From: Calditrichia bacterium
GTDB taxonomy: Bacteria > Calditrichota > Calditrichia > RBG-13-44-9
Assembly: GCA_037381445.1 (NCBI GenBank)
Contig: JARRQT010000092.1
Location: 1-12,856 of the forward strand
Direction of reading: 5' to 3'
DNA length: 12,856 nucleotides
The notes beneath the pieces were generated by a model. The model was not told the origin of the DNA. It was given only the letters and a program-made list of their open reading frames with translations, and did not search any database. Shown one piece after another: positions 1 to 7,944 of the stretch. The first letter of the stretch is position 1; each line of letters starts with the position of its first letter. Both the position numbers and the translations under genes were made by a program.

Positions 1-1139
1 TCCGCCTTCAACTCCTGAATATACAGTTGATCGTCGCCGGTCCTGTCTGAAAAATACGCCACATATTTTCCGTCCGGCGATACGCGGGGATATTGTTCGC
101 GAACGCCCTGGCTGTGCGTTAGATTGACCCATTTTCCGGATTTTTTGGCGATTTTGTAAATATCTCCGCGGGCATCCACCACCGCCCATTTGCCGTCCGG
201 TGTTACAGCGAACCCGCCCATGTATTTGGTCGGATTTACAAACTGCGGACGGGTCTGCCAGTTCTCTGAGGGAACATAAATCTGCAGTTGAGTAGTCTTG
301 TCGGCGGCAATATTATAAACATACAGGCTCCCGCCGTGCTCGAATACAACCGATTTTCCGTCTGTGCCGGGCGCATAGACGGCATAGTCCTTAAAATTAG
401 TCTTTTGCGAAAACTCGCCGGTCAGGACGTTATAAGCCCAGAGATTGAGCACATTGGTTTGCCGGTCGGACAGAAAATAGATTTCATTGCCCGCCCACAG
501 CGGCCGCTGGTCGACGCCGCTGTAGTCTGGGGTGATATTTTTAAATTGATTGGTCAGGAAATCGGCAATCCATACATCCTGCGCCTCGCCGCCGTGATAA
601 CGCTTCCAGTTGCGGAATTCCCCCGCCCTTCGGTTGAAGACCATTTTTGATCCATCGGCATTATAACTGCCCCAGGCGGCCCGGTCTACCAGCACCCGTT
701 CCGGCAACCCGCCGTCCATTCCAACCACATAAAGATAAGGGCCATAATACCCCATATCCCGGTAGGAGACAAAAAGCACCTGTTTGCCATCCGGCGTCCA
801 GCCGACTACATTATCCGGTGCGCCGTGGTAAGTTAAACGTTTTGGCTCTCCTCCTTCGACCGGAATAACGTAAACATCCGGATTTCCGTCATACTCGGCG
901 GTGAAAGCAATCCATTTGCCGTCGGGGGAAATCCGCGGATACGTCTCATTCCCGGGAGATGTCGTTAAGTGAAACGCCAATCCGTCCGTAATATCAGCCG
1001 ACCAGAGGTCGCCTGCATAATTGAAAACCACCAGATTACCATGAATATCAGGATAGTGCAGAAATTTCGTTTCCCGTCCGTACAAGACGGAAAAGGAAAT
1101 CAGAACAACCAACAACAAATACCATAACTGTTTTTGCAT
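1..1139 (-). CDS. Tricorn-like protease (peptidase S41 family, PD40/beta-propeller N-terminal region), 3'-partial; runs off the window edge
   Basis: Manual translation: ATG at 1139 with RBS TGGAGG at 1145-1150; signal-peptide-like MQKQLWYLLLVVLISFSVLYG; then ETKFLHYPDIHGNLVVFNYAGDLW, YPRISPDGKWIAFTAEYDGNPDVYVIPVEGGEPKRLTYH, tricorn-type WKRYHGG, and YPRVSPDGKYVAYFSDRTG near base 1 in the same frame. Not in the ORF track because its stop lies outside the window. Confidence 0.93.
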   Translation of the reverse strand, partial: MQKQLWYLLLVVLISFSVLYGRETKFLHYPDIHGNLVVFNYAGDLWSADITDGLAFHLTTSPGNETYPRISPDGKWIAFTAEYDGNPDVYVIPVEGGEPKRLTYHGAPDNVVGWTPDGKQVLFVSYRDMGYYGPYLYVVGMDGGLPERVLVDRAAWGSYNADGSKMVFNRRAGEFRNWKRYHGGEAQDVWIADFLTNQFKNITPDYSGVDQRPLWAGNEIYFLSDRQTNVLNLWAYNVLTGEFSQKTNFKDYAVYAPGTDGKSVVFEHGGSLYVYNIAADKTTQLQIYVPSENWQTRPQFVNPTKYMGGFAVTPDGKWAVVDARGDIYKIAKKSGKWVNLTHSQGVREQYPRVSPDGKYVAYFSDRTGDDQLYIQELKA

Positions 1140-1241
1140 CTCAGCCTCCACATGATTAGGTTTCATCAATTCATTTTTTCTGAATTCCGGATTTATACAG
1201 GAAATTCATTAAGGGAAAACTCAGAAAAGAACATTTTAAAA

Positions 1242-1406
1242 TTAAACCGATTTCACGATACCATAAGTTAGACAATGCCATAAAAAACAGATTTCAATCA
1301 ATAATTGGTGATTAAACAGACTCAGTTTCCGGGAACAGGAGCCCCGCACATCCGTTTCATCCCTTTCATTCTCGCACACGAAAACATGCTTCTCGTAGAG
1401 ACTCAT
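1242..1406 (-). pseudogene. Truncated thioredoxin-like [2Fe-2S] ferredoxin remnant (homology only over 1326-1406)
   Basis: Translates MSLYEKHVFVCENERDETDVRGSCSRK (27 aa), matching the KHVFVC-x10-GSC N-terminus of Aquifex Fd4-type ferredoxins with the first two Cys ligands 13 apart. It then runs into AT-rich unrelated sequence to TAA at 1242-1244. I saw no GCxxxC-GP-VVYP half in the downstream sequence. Confidence 0.78.
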
Positions 1407-1596
1407 ACTATTGCCCATCATCCTAATAGTCCTGAAAAATCAAATGCCATTTCTTTATTAGCCTGAAAGGCAAATCAGTTCCTTAAACGACGGATCATAA
1501 CTTGCCGCTGAGAGTCAATTGGCAAAATTTTGAGATCTTAATTGGTGAGCAGAAAGCAGGAAAAACTTTTAAGGAAAGTATTGCCGCGGACAGATT

Positions 1597-1797
1597 TCAG
1601 GGTTCAGAGCAACTGTGGAAGAAGCCGCATTTGGGGCAGATAAGTTCGCATTTGCGGGCAATCAGCCGGTGGCCGCAATTATCGCAATATTCCCAGTAAT
1701 CGCTTCGCTGGAAATCGGAATTGCTCTCTTTGCGATGAATTAATTTCACGGAAAATGAAAGTATGTCTTTATTTTGTAAATCTTTATTATCAGGCAT
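1597..1797 (-). CDS. Small zinc-ribbon (CPxCG-type) microprotein, 66 aa
   Basis: C-terminal CDNCG-x6-C-x3-CPKCG-x4-CSEP motif; RBS GGGAG at about 1804-1808 upstream of ATG 1797. Confidence 0.75.
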   Translation of the reverse strand: MPDNKDLQNKDILSFSVKLIHRKESNSDFQRSDYWEYCDNCGHRLIARKCELICPKCGFFHSCSEP

Positions 1798-1928
1798 TTT
1801 TTACTCCCGAAAATGAAGACAAGCTTATTTCTTCGCAGCCGGATTCGGATAAACAGCTTCTGCGGTTTCGTTATTAATGAAACAGTCAAAATGTGGTATT
1901 TGTTTCGCTTATACAGGAAGGCCTGTTT

Positions 1929-3467
1929 TTAGAAATAACCGGAAATGAGTTTTAATCCCAGATAGACAAAAATAAAACCGCTCACTGTGTTGGCAAGATT
2001 GACCGTATCATTATTCATCCAGGACAATCCCTTCACAGAACTGGTTTGTGTTCCGTTGCAATGGACCCGCTTTTCAGTGACCTTTCCGCAGACGGAACAG
2101 ACATATTGAACCTGAAGGGTGGCTCCCAGCAGACTGTCTACCAGACTTCCCAGCAATCCGCCCAGGGAAATAACCGCCAGGGCAATATAGACGCTGGCGA
2201 TTTCCGGATTGGGCAGAAAGAAACTGCCGCTGAGGCTGAGTATAAAGGCTCCCAGCAGCCCGCCAAATAATCCCGCAAATGTAATTCCGCCGGATGTTCC
2301 GGAGGGAACCGGTTTCAAATTATATATCAGACGGGGCTGCTGTCCGATAAGCACGCCGATTTCCGTCGCCCAGGTGTCCGCCATGGCGGCCGCCAGTGAT
2401 CCCAGGTAGAGCAGGTAAAAGACCGGGTCGGGAAACAGCACATAGGCAATCATCAATAAACCCGCCACGCCTCCGTTGGCGAAAACCTGCGCATAATCCC
2501 GCCGGCTGCCCTTTTCGAATATCAAATCGTACCTGGCTTTCACTGTTTTGCCGGATTTGGACAGCAAGCTGGATAATATAAAGAAGGTCAGAATCGGAAC
2601 CGTCCACGGCAGACCGCCGAATCCGAAAATTACCGTGGCAAGCAGAAAAGTTGCCACCGCTCCGCTGCCGCTCAGAAAGTTGGCGCGGAAAGAGAGATAG
2701 GCCGCGGCGCCTCCCAGCAGCAGTCCGGTCAAAAATTGAATGTGAGCAACAGCGCTGCCCGTCAGCAAAAAATAAATGATAATGGCGGTGAGGAGGGGGA
2801 CCATCAAATTGTCATTCCCCTTATTTCCGAGCGCTTCCGAAAATGTGGCGATGACGGCCGCGTAAACTGAAAACAGAAACAGCCCCAGGGTAGTTTGATC
2901 CGAAACCGGCGGCGCCGAAGGATAAACCAGAAATGTAATGAATATGGCCGTCATGCTGACCAGAAACATGGCAGCGGACCCTTCCAGCGATTTTTTGTCA
3001 TGTATCAGGGTATATTGATGCGGTTTGGCCACAGAATGACCGACAATCGCGGCGGCGGCATCACCGATGGCCATTACCATCATGGAGGCGATGATAATGA
3101 TTTTGTATTGATCCCAGAACAGGAGAACCAGCACGAAAAATGAAAATGCGTAATATACCGTTCCCAGGTTATCACGGGAAATGTGAATCCCGGGCAGCAG
3201 ATTTTTCCGCAGGGCGATAAAATTGAAGATGGTAAAAAATCCTGCAATAACCAGCAGCGGCAGAGACGTTTTCAGCAGGAGGGGCGTAAATAGCAGCAAA
3301 ACCCCGACCGAGATATGAACAATTTTCCGGGTCACTTCCTGCCGCCAATGGAATCTGTGACGCACAAATTCGGAGATCAGGATAAACACCAGCATGCCCA
3401 GAAAAAGCATTCCCAGGTTCAGCCAGTCTTCAAGCGGCGGTGTCTGAAAAACATGGGAGAAATTCAT
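1929..3467 (-). CDS. Polytopic membrane fusion protein: phytol/dolichol-kinase-like (CTP_transf_1, VTE5-like) N-domain plus DUF92/TMEM19 (VTE6-like) C-domain
   Basis: N-half motifs TRKIVHI, GDAAAAIVG, KKSLEGS and DNLMVP; C-half motifs RDYAQVFANGG, AAAMADTWATEIG, GTSGGIT, SLVDSLLGATLQ, CSVCGKVTE..HC and NNDTVN; many hydrophobic segments. Confidence 0.9.
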   Translation of the reverse strand: MNFSHVFQTPPLEDWLNLGMLFLGMLVFILISEFVRHRFHWRQEVTRKIVHISVGVLLLFTPLLLKTSLPLLVIAGFFTIFNFIALRKNLLPGIHISRDNLGTVYYAFSFFVLVLLFWDQYKIIIIASMMVMAIGDAAAAIVGHSVAKPHQYTLIHDKKSLEGSAAMFLVSMTAIFITFLVYPSAPPVSDQTTLGLFLFSVYAAVIATFSEALGNKGNDNLMVPLLTAIIIYFLLTGSAVAHIQFLTGLLLGGAAAYLSFRANFLSGSGAVATFLLATVIFGFGGLPWTVPILTFFILSSLLSKSGKTVKARYDLIFEKGSRRDYAQVFANGGVAGLLMIAYVLFPDPVFYLLYLGSLAAAMADTWATEIGVLIGQQPRLIYNLKPVPSGTSGGITFAGLFGGLLGAFILSLSGSFFLPNPEIASVYIALAVISLGGLLGSLVDSLLGATLQVQYVCSVCGKVTEKRVHCNGTQTSSVKGLSWMNNDTVNLANTVSGFIFVYLGLKLISGYF

Positions 3468-3504
3468 GAAACATCCCGGATTTTAAGAACATATTCCGTT
3501 GCAG

Positions 3505-3541
3505 AAATAAAAAGGCACAATCGATCCATGCCGATTATGCC
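3505..3541 (-). terminator. Rho-independent terminator downstream of leuS
   Basis: Minus strand GGCATAATCG-gcatggat-CGATTGTGCC (10-bp stem, one U.G pair) followed by TTTTTATTT, about 45 nt after the leuS stop. Confidence 0.8.
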
Positions 3542-3585
3542 GTCAATGACTCTACATAACAATTCTTCTTCCCGGAAACATTCGA

Positions 3586-6057
3586 TTAACCCGCAACAAT
3601 ATTCACCACTTTGCCGGGAACAAGAATAATTTTTCGGATTTTTTTGCCTTCCAGCAGTGCCGGCATGCGGCCCGATTCCAGCGCCCGTTTCCGGACCTCT
3701 TCATCGCCCAAATTGCGCGGGACCTGCATTTGTCCCCGAACCTTGCCGTTGATGAGCAATCCATAGTTGATGGTATACTCTTCCAGCGCCTCGGGGTCAA
3801 ATTTCGGCCACGGGGCATTAAAAATGCTGTCCGTATGGCCGGTCATTTCCCACAGCTCCTCGGAGAGATGCGGTGCAAACGGGGCCAGCAGCAGCACCAG
3901 TTTTTCAAGCGCGCTTTTCAGAAATTCTGCATTGATTTCCTCGCCCGGCTTTTCACCCACGTATTTGTAGAGGCCGTTAACCAGTTCCATAATCCGGCTG
4001 ATAGCCGTGTTGAAATGGAAGCGCTCCGTATCTTCAGTGGCGCCTTTGATGGAATTATTGAGTACTTTGTTCAATTCCTTTTCGTCATCGGCGAAGGTCT
4101 TATTTTCGTTTCCGGTTCCGAACACCCACAGGTAATTTTCCAGCACTCTCCAGATGCGGTTCAGAAATCTTTCCAGGGAAGCAATTCCATCATCACTCCA
4201 GGGGCCGCCCTTTTCGAACTCGAAACCGAACATCAGGTAGCAGCGAAAGGCGTCCGAGCCGTATTTGAGGAGATATTCCTCCGGGTTCACCACGTTTCCA
4301 CGGGACTTGCTCATGCGCAACCCGTCCGGTCCCTTGATGATTCCCTGGTGGCGGAGGGCGTTGAATGGTTCGTCAAAACCGATGTGTTTCAAATCATGCA
4401 GCACTTTGGTAATGAAACGGGCGTAGAGCAGATGCATGGTGGCATGCTCCGGACCGCCGACATACATATCCACCGGACACCACTCATCCGCCAGTTTTTT
4501 GTCAAACGGTCTATCTTCCAGTTTGGGCGAAAGATAGCGCAGGAAATACCATGAGGAATCCACAAAGGTATCCATCGTATCGACCTCCCGCGTGGCAGGA
4601 CCGCCGCATTTGGGACAGGCGGTGTTTCTGAATTCTTCATTATGGTGCAGCGGCGATTCCCCGGTGGGGAGAAAATCGACGTTGTAGGGCAGCATAACGG
4701 GAAGCTGATCCTCGGGAACCGCCACTTCCCCGCATTTCTCACAATATACGATTGGTATGGGTGCCCCCCAATAGCGCTGCCGCGAAATCAGCCAATCCCT
4801 CAGCTTGAAATTTATTTTGCGCTCACCCAGATTCCTTTCATGCAGCCAGTCGGCGATTTTTTCTTTTCCTTCCTCCGAAGACAGCCCGCTGAAAGGACCG
4901 GAGTTGATCATGGCGCCGCTTTCCGTGTAGGCGGCCATCAGAAGGTCATCGGGACTGGTACCGGGCTGCAGAATCACCTTTTCGATGGGCAGCTCAAACT
5001 GGGTAGCGAATTCGAAATCACGTTCATCATGACCGGGAACCGCCATCACCGCACCTGTCCCGTAAGTTACCAGCACATAATCGGCAATCCAGATCGGCAC
5101 TTTCTCATTATTAATGGGATTGATGGCAAAAGCGCCGGTAAACACGCCGGTCTTCTCGCGCACGGTAGAGGTCCGTTCGATTTCACTTTCGCGGGTCGCT
5201 TTTTCAACATATTCCTGGACCGCGCTTCTCTGGGCAGGCATGGTAATTTCCTCCACCAGCGGATGCTCCGGCGCCAGCACCATATAGGTGACGCCGAAAA
5301 GCGTATCGGGGCGAGTGGTAAACACATCGATTTTGCGGCCGGACTCATCATCCAGCTCAAAACTGATCTCCACGCCAATGCTTTTCCCGATCCAGTTTTT
5401 CTGCATCAGTTTGGTGCGCTCCGGCCAGTCGATCTTGTCCAGGTCTTTGAGCAGTCTTTCCGCATACTCAGTAATTTTAAAGAACCACTGGGTGAGGTTT
5501 TTGCGGGTTACCACCGATCCGCAGCGCTCGCAGGTGCCTTCGGAGGTGACCTGTTCATTCGCCAGAACCGTGTTGCAGGAAGGGCACCAATTGACGGCCG
5601 CTTTTGCACGGTAAGCCAGTCCGGCTTTGTACAACTGCAGAAACACCCACTGCGTCCATTTATAATAATCCGGATGGCTGGTCACAACTTCCATGTCCCA
5701 GTCGTACATGGCCCCGATGGCCCGCAACTGCTGGCGGATAAAGCCCAGGTTCTCCTCGGTGATGTCATGGGGATGCCCGCCGGTTTTTATGGCAAAGTTC
5801 TCCGCGGGCAGACCGAATGAATCGAATCCCATGGGCTCGAAAATATTGTGGCCGCGCATTCTTCGGAAGCGTGCCCAGGTATCGGTAGGCCCGTAATTAA
5901 ACCAGTGTCCCAGGTGCAGTTTATCCGAGGACGGATAGCTGAACATCACCAGGGTATAGCATTTTTTATCAATTTTGGAAAGGTCAGTTTTGTAGATGCC
6001 GCTTTCTTCCCAGCGCCGGCGCCATTTCTCTTCAATTTCCCTGAAAGAATAAATCAT
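3586..6057 (-). CDS. leuS: Leucine--tRNA ligase
   Basis: 823 aa; HIGH-like HLGH, GFDSFGLPAEN, Zn knuckles CPSC/CERC, CP1 editing motifs FTTRPDTLFG and GTGAVMAVPGHDERD, LRDWLISRQRYWGAPIP, DTMDTFVDSSWY, RMSKS (KMSKS); RBS GGGGAG upstream. Confidence 0.99.
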   Translation of the reverse strand: MIYSFREIEEKWRRRWEESGIYKTDLSKIDKKCYTLVMFSYPSSDKLHLGHWFNYGPTDTWARFRRMRGHNIFEPMGFDSFGLPAENFAIKTGGHPHDITEENLGFIRQQLRAIGAMYDWDMEVVTSHPDYYKWTQWVFLQLYKAGLAYRAKAAVNWCPSCNTVLANEQVTSEGTCERCGSVVTRKNLTQWFFKITEYAERLLKDLDKIDWPERTKLMQKNWIGKSIGVEISFELDDESGRKIDVFTTRPDTLFGVTYMVLAPEHPLVEEITMPAQRSAVQEYVEKATRESEIERTSTVREKTGVFTGAFAINPINNEKVPIWIADYVLVTYGTGAVMAVPGHDERDFEFATQFELPIEKVILQPGTSPDDLLMAAYTESGAMINSGPFSGLSSEEGKEKIADWLHERNLGERKINFKLRDWLISRQRYWGAPIPIVYCEKCGEVAVPEDQLPVMLPYNVDFLPTGESPLHHNEEFRNTACPKCGGPATREVDTMDTFVDSSWYFLRYLSPKLEDRPFDKKLADEWCPVDMYVGGPEHATMHLLYARFITKVLHDLKHIGFDEPFNALRHQGIIKGPDGLRMSKSRGNVVNPEEYLLKYGSDAFRCYLMFGFEFEKGGPWSDDGIASLERFLNRIWRVLENYLWVFGTGNENKTFADDEKELNKVLNNSIKGATEDTERFHFNTAISRIMELVNGLYKYVGEKPGEEINAEFLKSALEKLVLLLAPFAPHLSEELWEMTGHTDSIFNAPWPKFDPEALEEYTINYGLLINGKVRGQMQVPRNLGDEEVRKRALESGRMPALLEGKKIRKIILVPGKVVNIVAG

Positions 6058-6102
6058 TTTTTTAACTCCCCTGACATAGCCAGGAATTTACCATATAAGA
6101 CG

Positions 6103-6126
6103 AACCCACTGGGCAGACAGTGGGTT
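6103..6126. terminator. Perfect 9-bp hairpin between the tRNA remnant and the leuS RBS (possible terminator or processing stem)
   Basis: AACCCACTG-ggcaga-CAGTGGGTT. The minus-strand 3' tail (CGTCTTATAT) is a poor U-tract; the plus-strand tail is ATTTTATTT. Confidence 0.5.
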
Positions 6127-6134
6127 ATTTTATT

Positions 6135-6212
6135 TGCCGGGGCGAGAGGACTTTCAAACCTCCTGCCTCCTGGTCCCGAATCAGTCACATTAACCAGACT
6201 TAGCTGCCCCCG
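6135..6212 (-). pseudogene. Degenerate tRNA-Pro(CGG) pseudogene
   Basis: Minus strand CGGGGGC AGCTAAGTCTGGTTAATGTG ACTGA TTCGGGA CCAGG AGGCA GGAGG TTTGAAAGT CCTCT CGCCCCG GCA. It retains the tRNA-Pro acceptor ends (CGGGG.../...CGCCCCG), D-loop AGTCTGGTTA, anticodon loop TTCGGGA (CGG at 6178-6176) and T-stem. It has a 1-nt acceptor deletion, a broken D-stem, two anticodon-stem mismatches, a 9-nt T-loop lacking TTC, and no ACCA end. Confidence 0.85.
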
Positions 6213-6226
6213 AAATTTGAGCAGAA

Positions 6227-6255
6227 AATATATTCAATTTGAGCGTTTAATTCAA
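6227..6255 (-). promoter_or_regulatory. Putative sigma70-type promoter for the tRNA remnant and leuS
   Basis: TTGAAT (6255-6250), 17-bp spacer, TATATT (6232-6227); predicted start about 6220, about 8 nt upstream of the tRNA 5' end. Confidence 0.65.
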
Positions 6256-6444
6256 GCAGAAACAAAATAATTGAAGCTTTTTGATGGACGAGCTCAATGT
6301 CCGCCTTGTCTGCACAATTAAGAAGAATCAGAATTTAATTCAATCTGAGAAATATATACTCATCAAAGAAGAGCACAATTTGCCCTAAAGTGAATTCAGC
6401 ACTGATCGGACCGGAACAAAGGCCCTTCTCTCAAATGAAAATTC

Positions 6445-7944
6445 TCACCTCAGCAGCAGCATTTTTTTGCTTTGAATATGATGCTCCGATTTCAAGGTGC
6501 AGAAATAGATTCCCGAGGCCAGACCCGAAGCGTCAAAGACAGCGGCATGTTCTCCGGCGGAAGAATATCGATCCAGCAGGGTGATAATCTTTTGTCCCGC
6601 GGCATCGTAGATTTCCAGCGTGACTCTGGCAGAATGGGCCAATCTGAACCGTATCTGCGTCAGCGGATTAAAGGGATTCGGGTAATTTTGAAAGAGGGAG
6701 AATCTCTGCACGCGGGTCGGGAAGGGTGAATCATTTATTGCGTTTGGGTTCTCCCACTCACGAATATTTGACCAGATATCGTATCCGGTGCTGTCATTGC
6801 GATTATCCGTCCAGCATGAATAAATAAGATGGCCGCTCAATCGCACATCAGGAGACTTCTGGTTTTTTCGCGGGTCGGTGGGAATCAAAAAATTATTTCC
6901 ATAAGGAGATCCATCGGCGAGGTAGAGCCGGGCGAAAATATCGGATTCTATGCTCTGCAGGTTTACCCATGTAATGATGAAATTGCCATTTTCATTTATT
7001 GAAACAGATGGGCCCTGTTCCCAATCCGCAACTATGTTTTCTGCGACTTTCATGTTGGAACCGAGCGGAGTGGCATCCTGCAGGAAGCGCTGGGCATAGA
7101 TGTTCGTAGACACTTCGTCGCGGTTATCCAGCCAGGCAATGATAAAATTTCCCGCCCGATCTATCCCGATGGCCGGAGCCAAAAAGAAATTGGGATCCTT
7201 GGCATCATCGACCCTGAAAACAGCTCCAGCCCGCTCACCGTTTTCATTATATCGCTGCGCGATAATATGTGACCATGCATTGTCCGAAGTAATGACAAAG
7301 CGGCCGGAATCATCTATAGCCACATCCGGATAATTCTGGTTCCAACTGTCGCTATGGTCAAATACCTGAAAATTGCTTCCCTCTGGCGAGCCGTCGGCGG
7401 CAAAGCGCTGAGCAAAAATTTCCTGGTTGCTATTCCGAGAATCATTCCAGACGACGATGAATTCTCCGGCAGAATTCATCGCCACCTCCGGGAAATACTG
7501 ATGACCCTTGCTTCCATCATTTACTTTTATTTTGTCGCCTTTCGGACTGGCGTCAGCATAAAACAACCGGCCAAAAAGATCGGTGCTCAAATCAAGTTTT
7601 TCCAGCCACACAACCACAAAGTCCCCGGAATTGTTCATTGCCATTTTCTGATTATATTGGACTATCTGCGAGGTATCTTCGTAAATCCGAAAATTTCCGC
7701 CGATTTTCCCGCCGGTCGAATCATATAACTGTCCAAATATCCTTGCAGTATCCGGGCGGGCATCACACCAGACAATCCCGTAATTTCCCTGTCCGTCTCC
7801 ATCAAGAGATGGAGACATCTGATCGGAGCTGTCTTGATTATCATTAACCATAAAATCCGGTTTTATGATTTGTGAACCGGCGGAGGACATACCGCCAAAC
7901 AGCCACAAAATCCAGCAAAATTTGATTAAAAATCCGGATTTCAT
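6445..7944 (-). CDS. Secreted repeat (probable 7-bladed beta-propeller) protein with T9SS type A/Por-like C-terminal sorting domain
   Basis: Signal-peptide-like N-terminus; seven ~53-aa repeats (F.V...Q..P.VA....G.F.V.W.D.R....I.AQRF..DG...G); C-terminal LFQNYPNPFNPLTQIRF...LEIYDAAGQKI..L......GEH...FDASGLASGIYFCTL......KKMLLLR. Confidence 0.9.
   Translation of the reverse strand: MKSGFLIKFCWILWLFGGMSSAGSQIIKPDFMVNDNQDSSDQMSPSLDGDGQGNYGIVWCDARPDTARIFGQLYDSTGGKIGGNFRIYEDTSQIVQYNQKMAMNNSGDFVVVWLEKLDLSTDLFGRLFYADASPKGDKIKVNDGSKGHQYFPEVAMNSAGEFIVVWNDSRNSNQEIFAQRFAADGSPEGSNFQVFDHSDSWNQNYPDVAIDDSGRFVITSDNAWSHIIAQRYNENGERAGAVFRVDDAKDPNFFLAPAIGIDRAGNFIIAWLDNRDEVSTNIYAQRFLQDATPLGSNMKVAENIVADWEQGPSVSINENGNFIITWVNLQSIESDIFARLYLADGSPYGNNFLIPTDPRKNQKSPDVRLSGHLIYSCWTDNRNDSTGYDIWSNIREWENPNAINDSPFPTRVQRFSLFQNYPNPFNPLTQIRFRLAHSARVTLEIYDAAGQKIITLLDRYSSAGEHAAVFDASGLASGIYFCTLKSEHHIQSKKMLLLR

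Noticed and set aside
288..868. Plus-strand ORFs 288-650 and 647-868
   Set aside because: Antisense to the tricorn-like protease, which has clear family motifs and an RBS.
1502..1699. Plus-strand 65-aa ORF
   Set aside because: TTG start, overlaps the better-supported zinc-ribbon gene on the opposite strand, no motifs.
3730..5820. Long plus-strand ORFs (274 aa and 392 aa) antisense to leuS
   Set aside because: Shadow ORFs of a GC-rich conserved gene; no recognisable motifs.
6135..6212. Functional tRNA-Pro or prophage att site
   Set aside because: Too many structural defects for a functional tRNA; no integrase or duplicated tRNA 3' end in the window.
6058..6260. T-box riboswitch upstream of leuS
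   Set aside because: No AAGGTGGyACCrCG T-box or stem I motifs; the structured element is a tRNA-Pro remnant.
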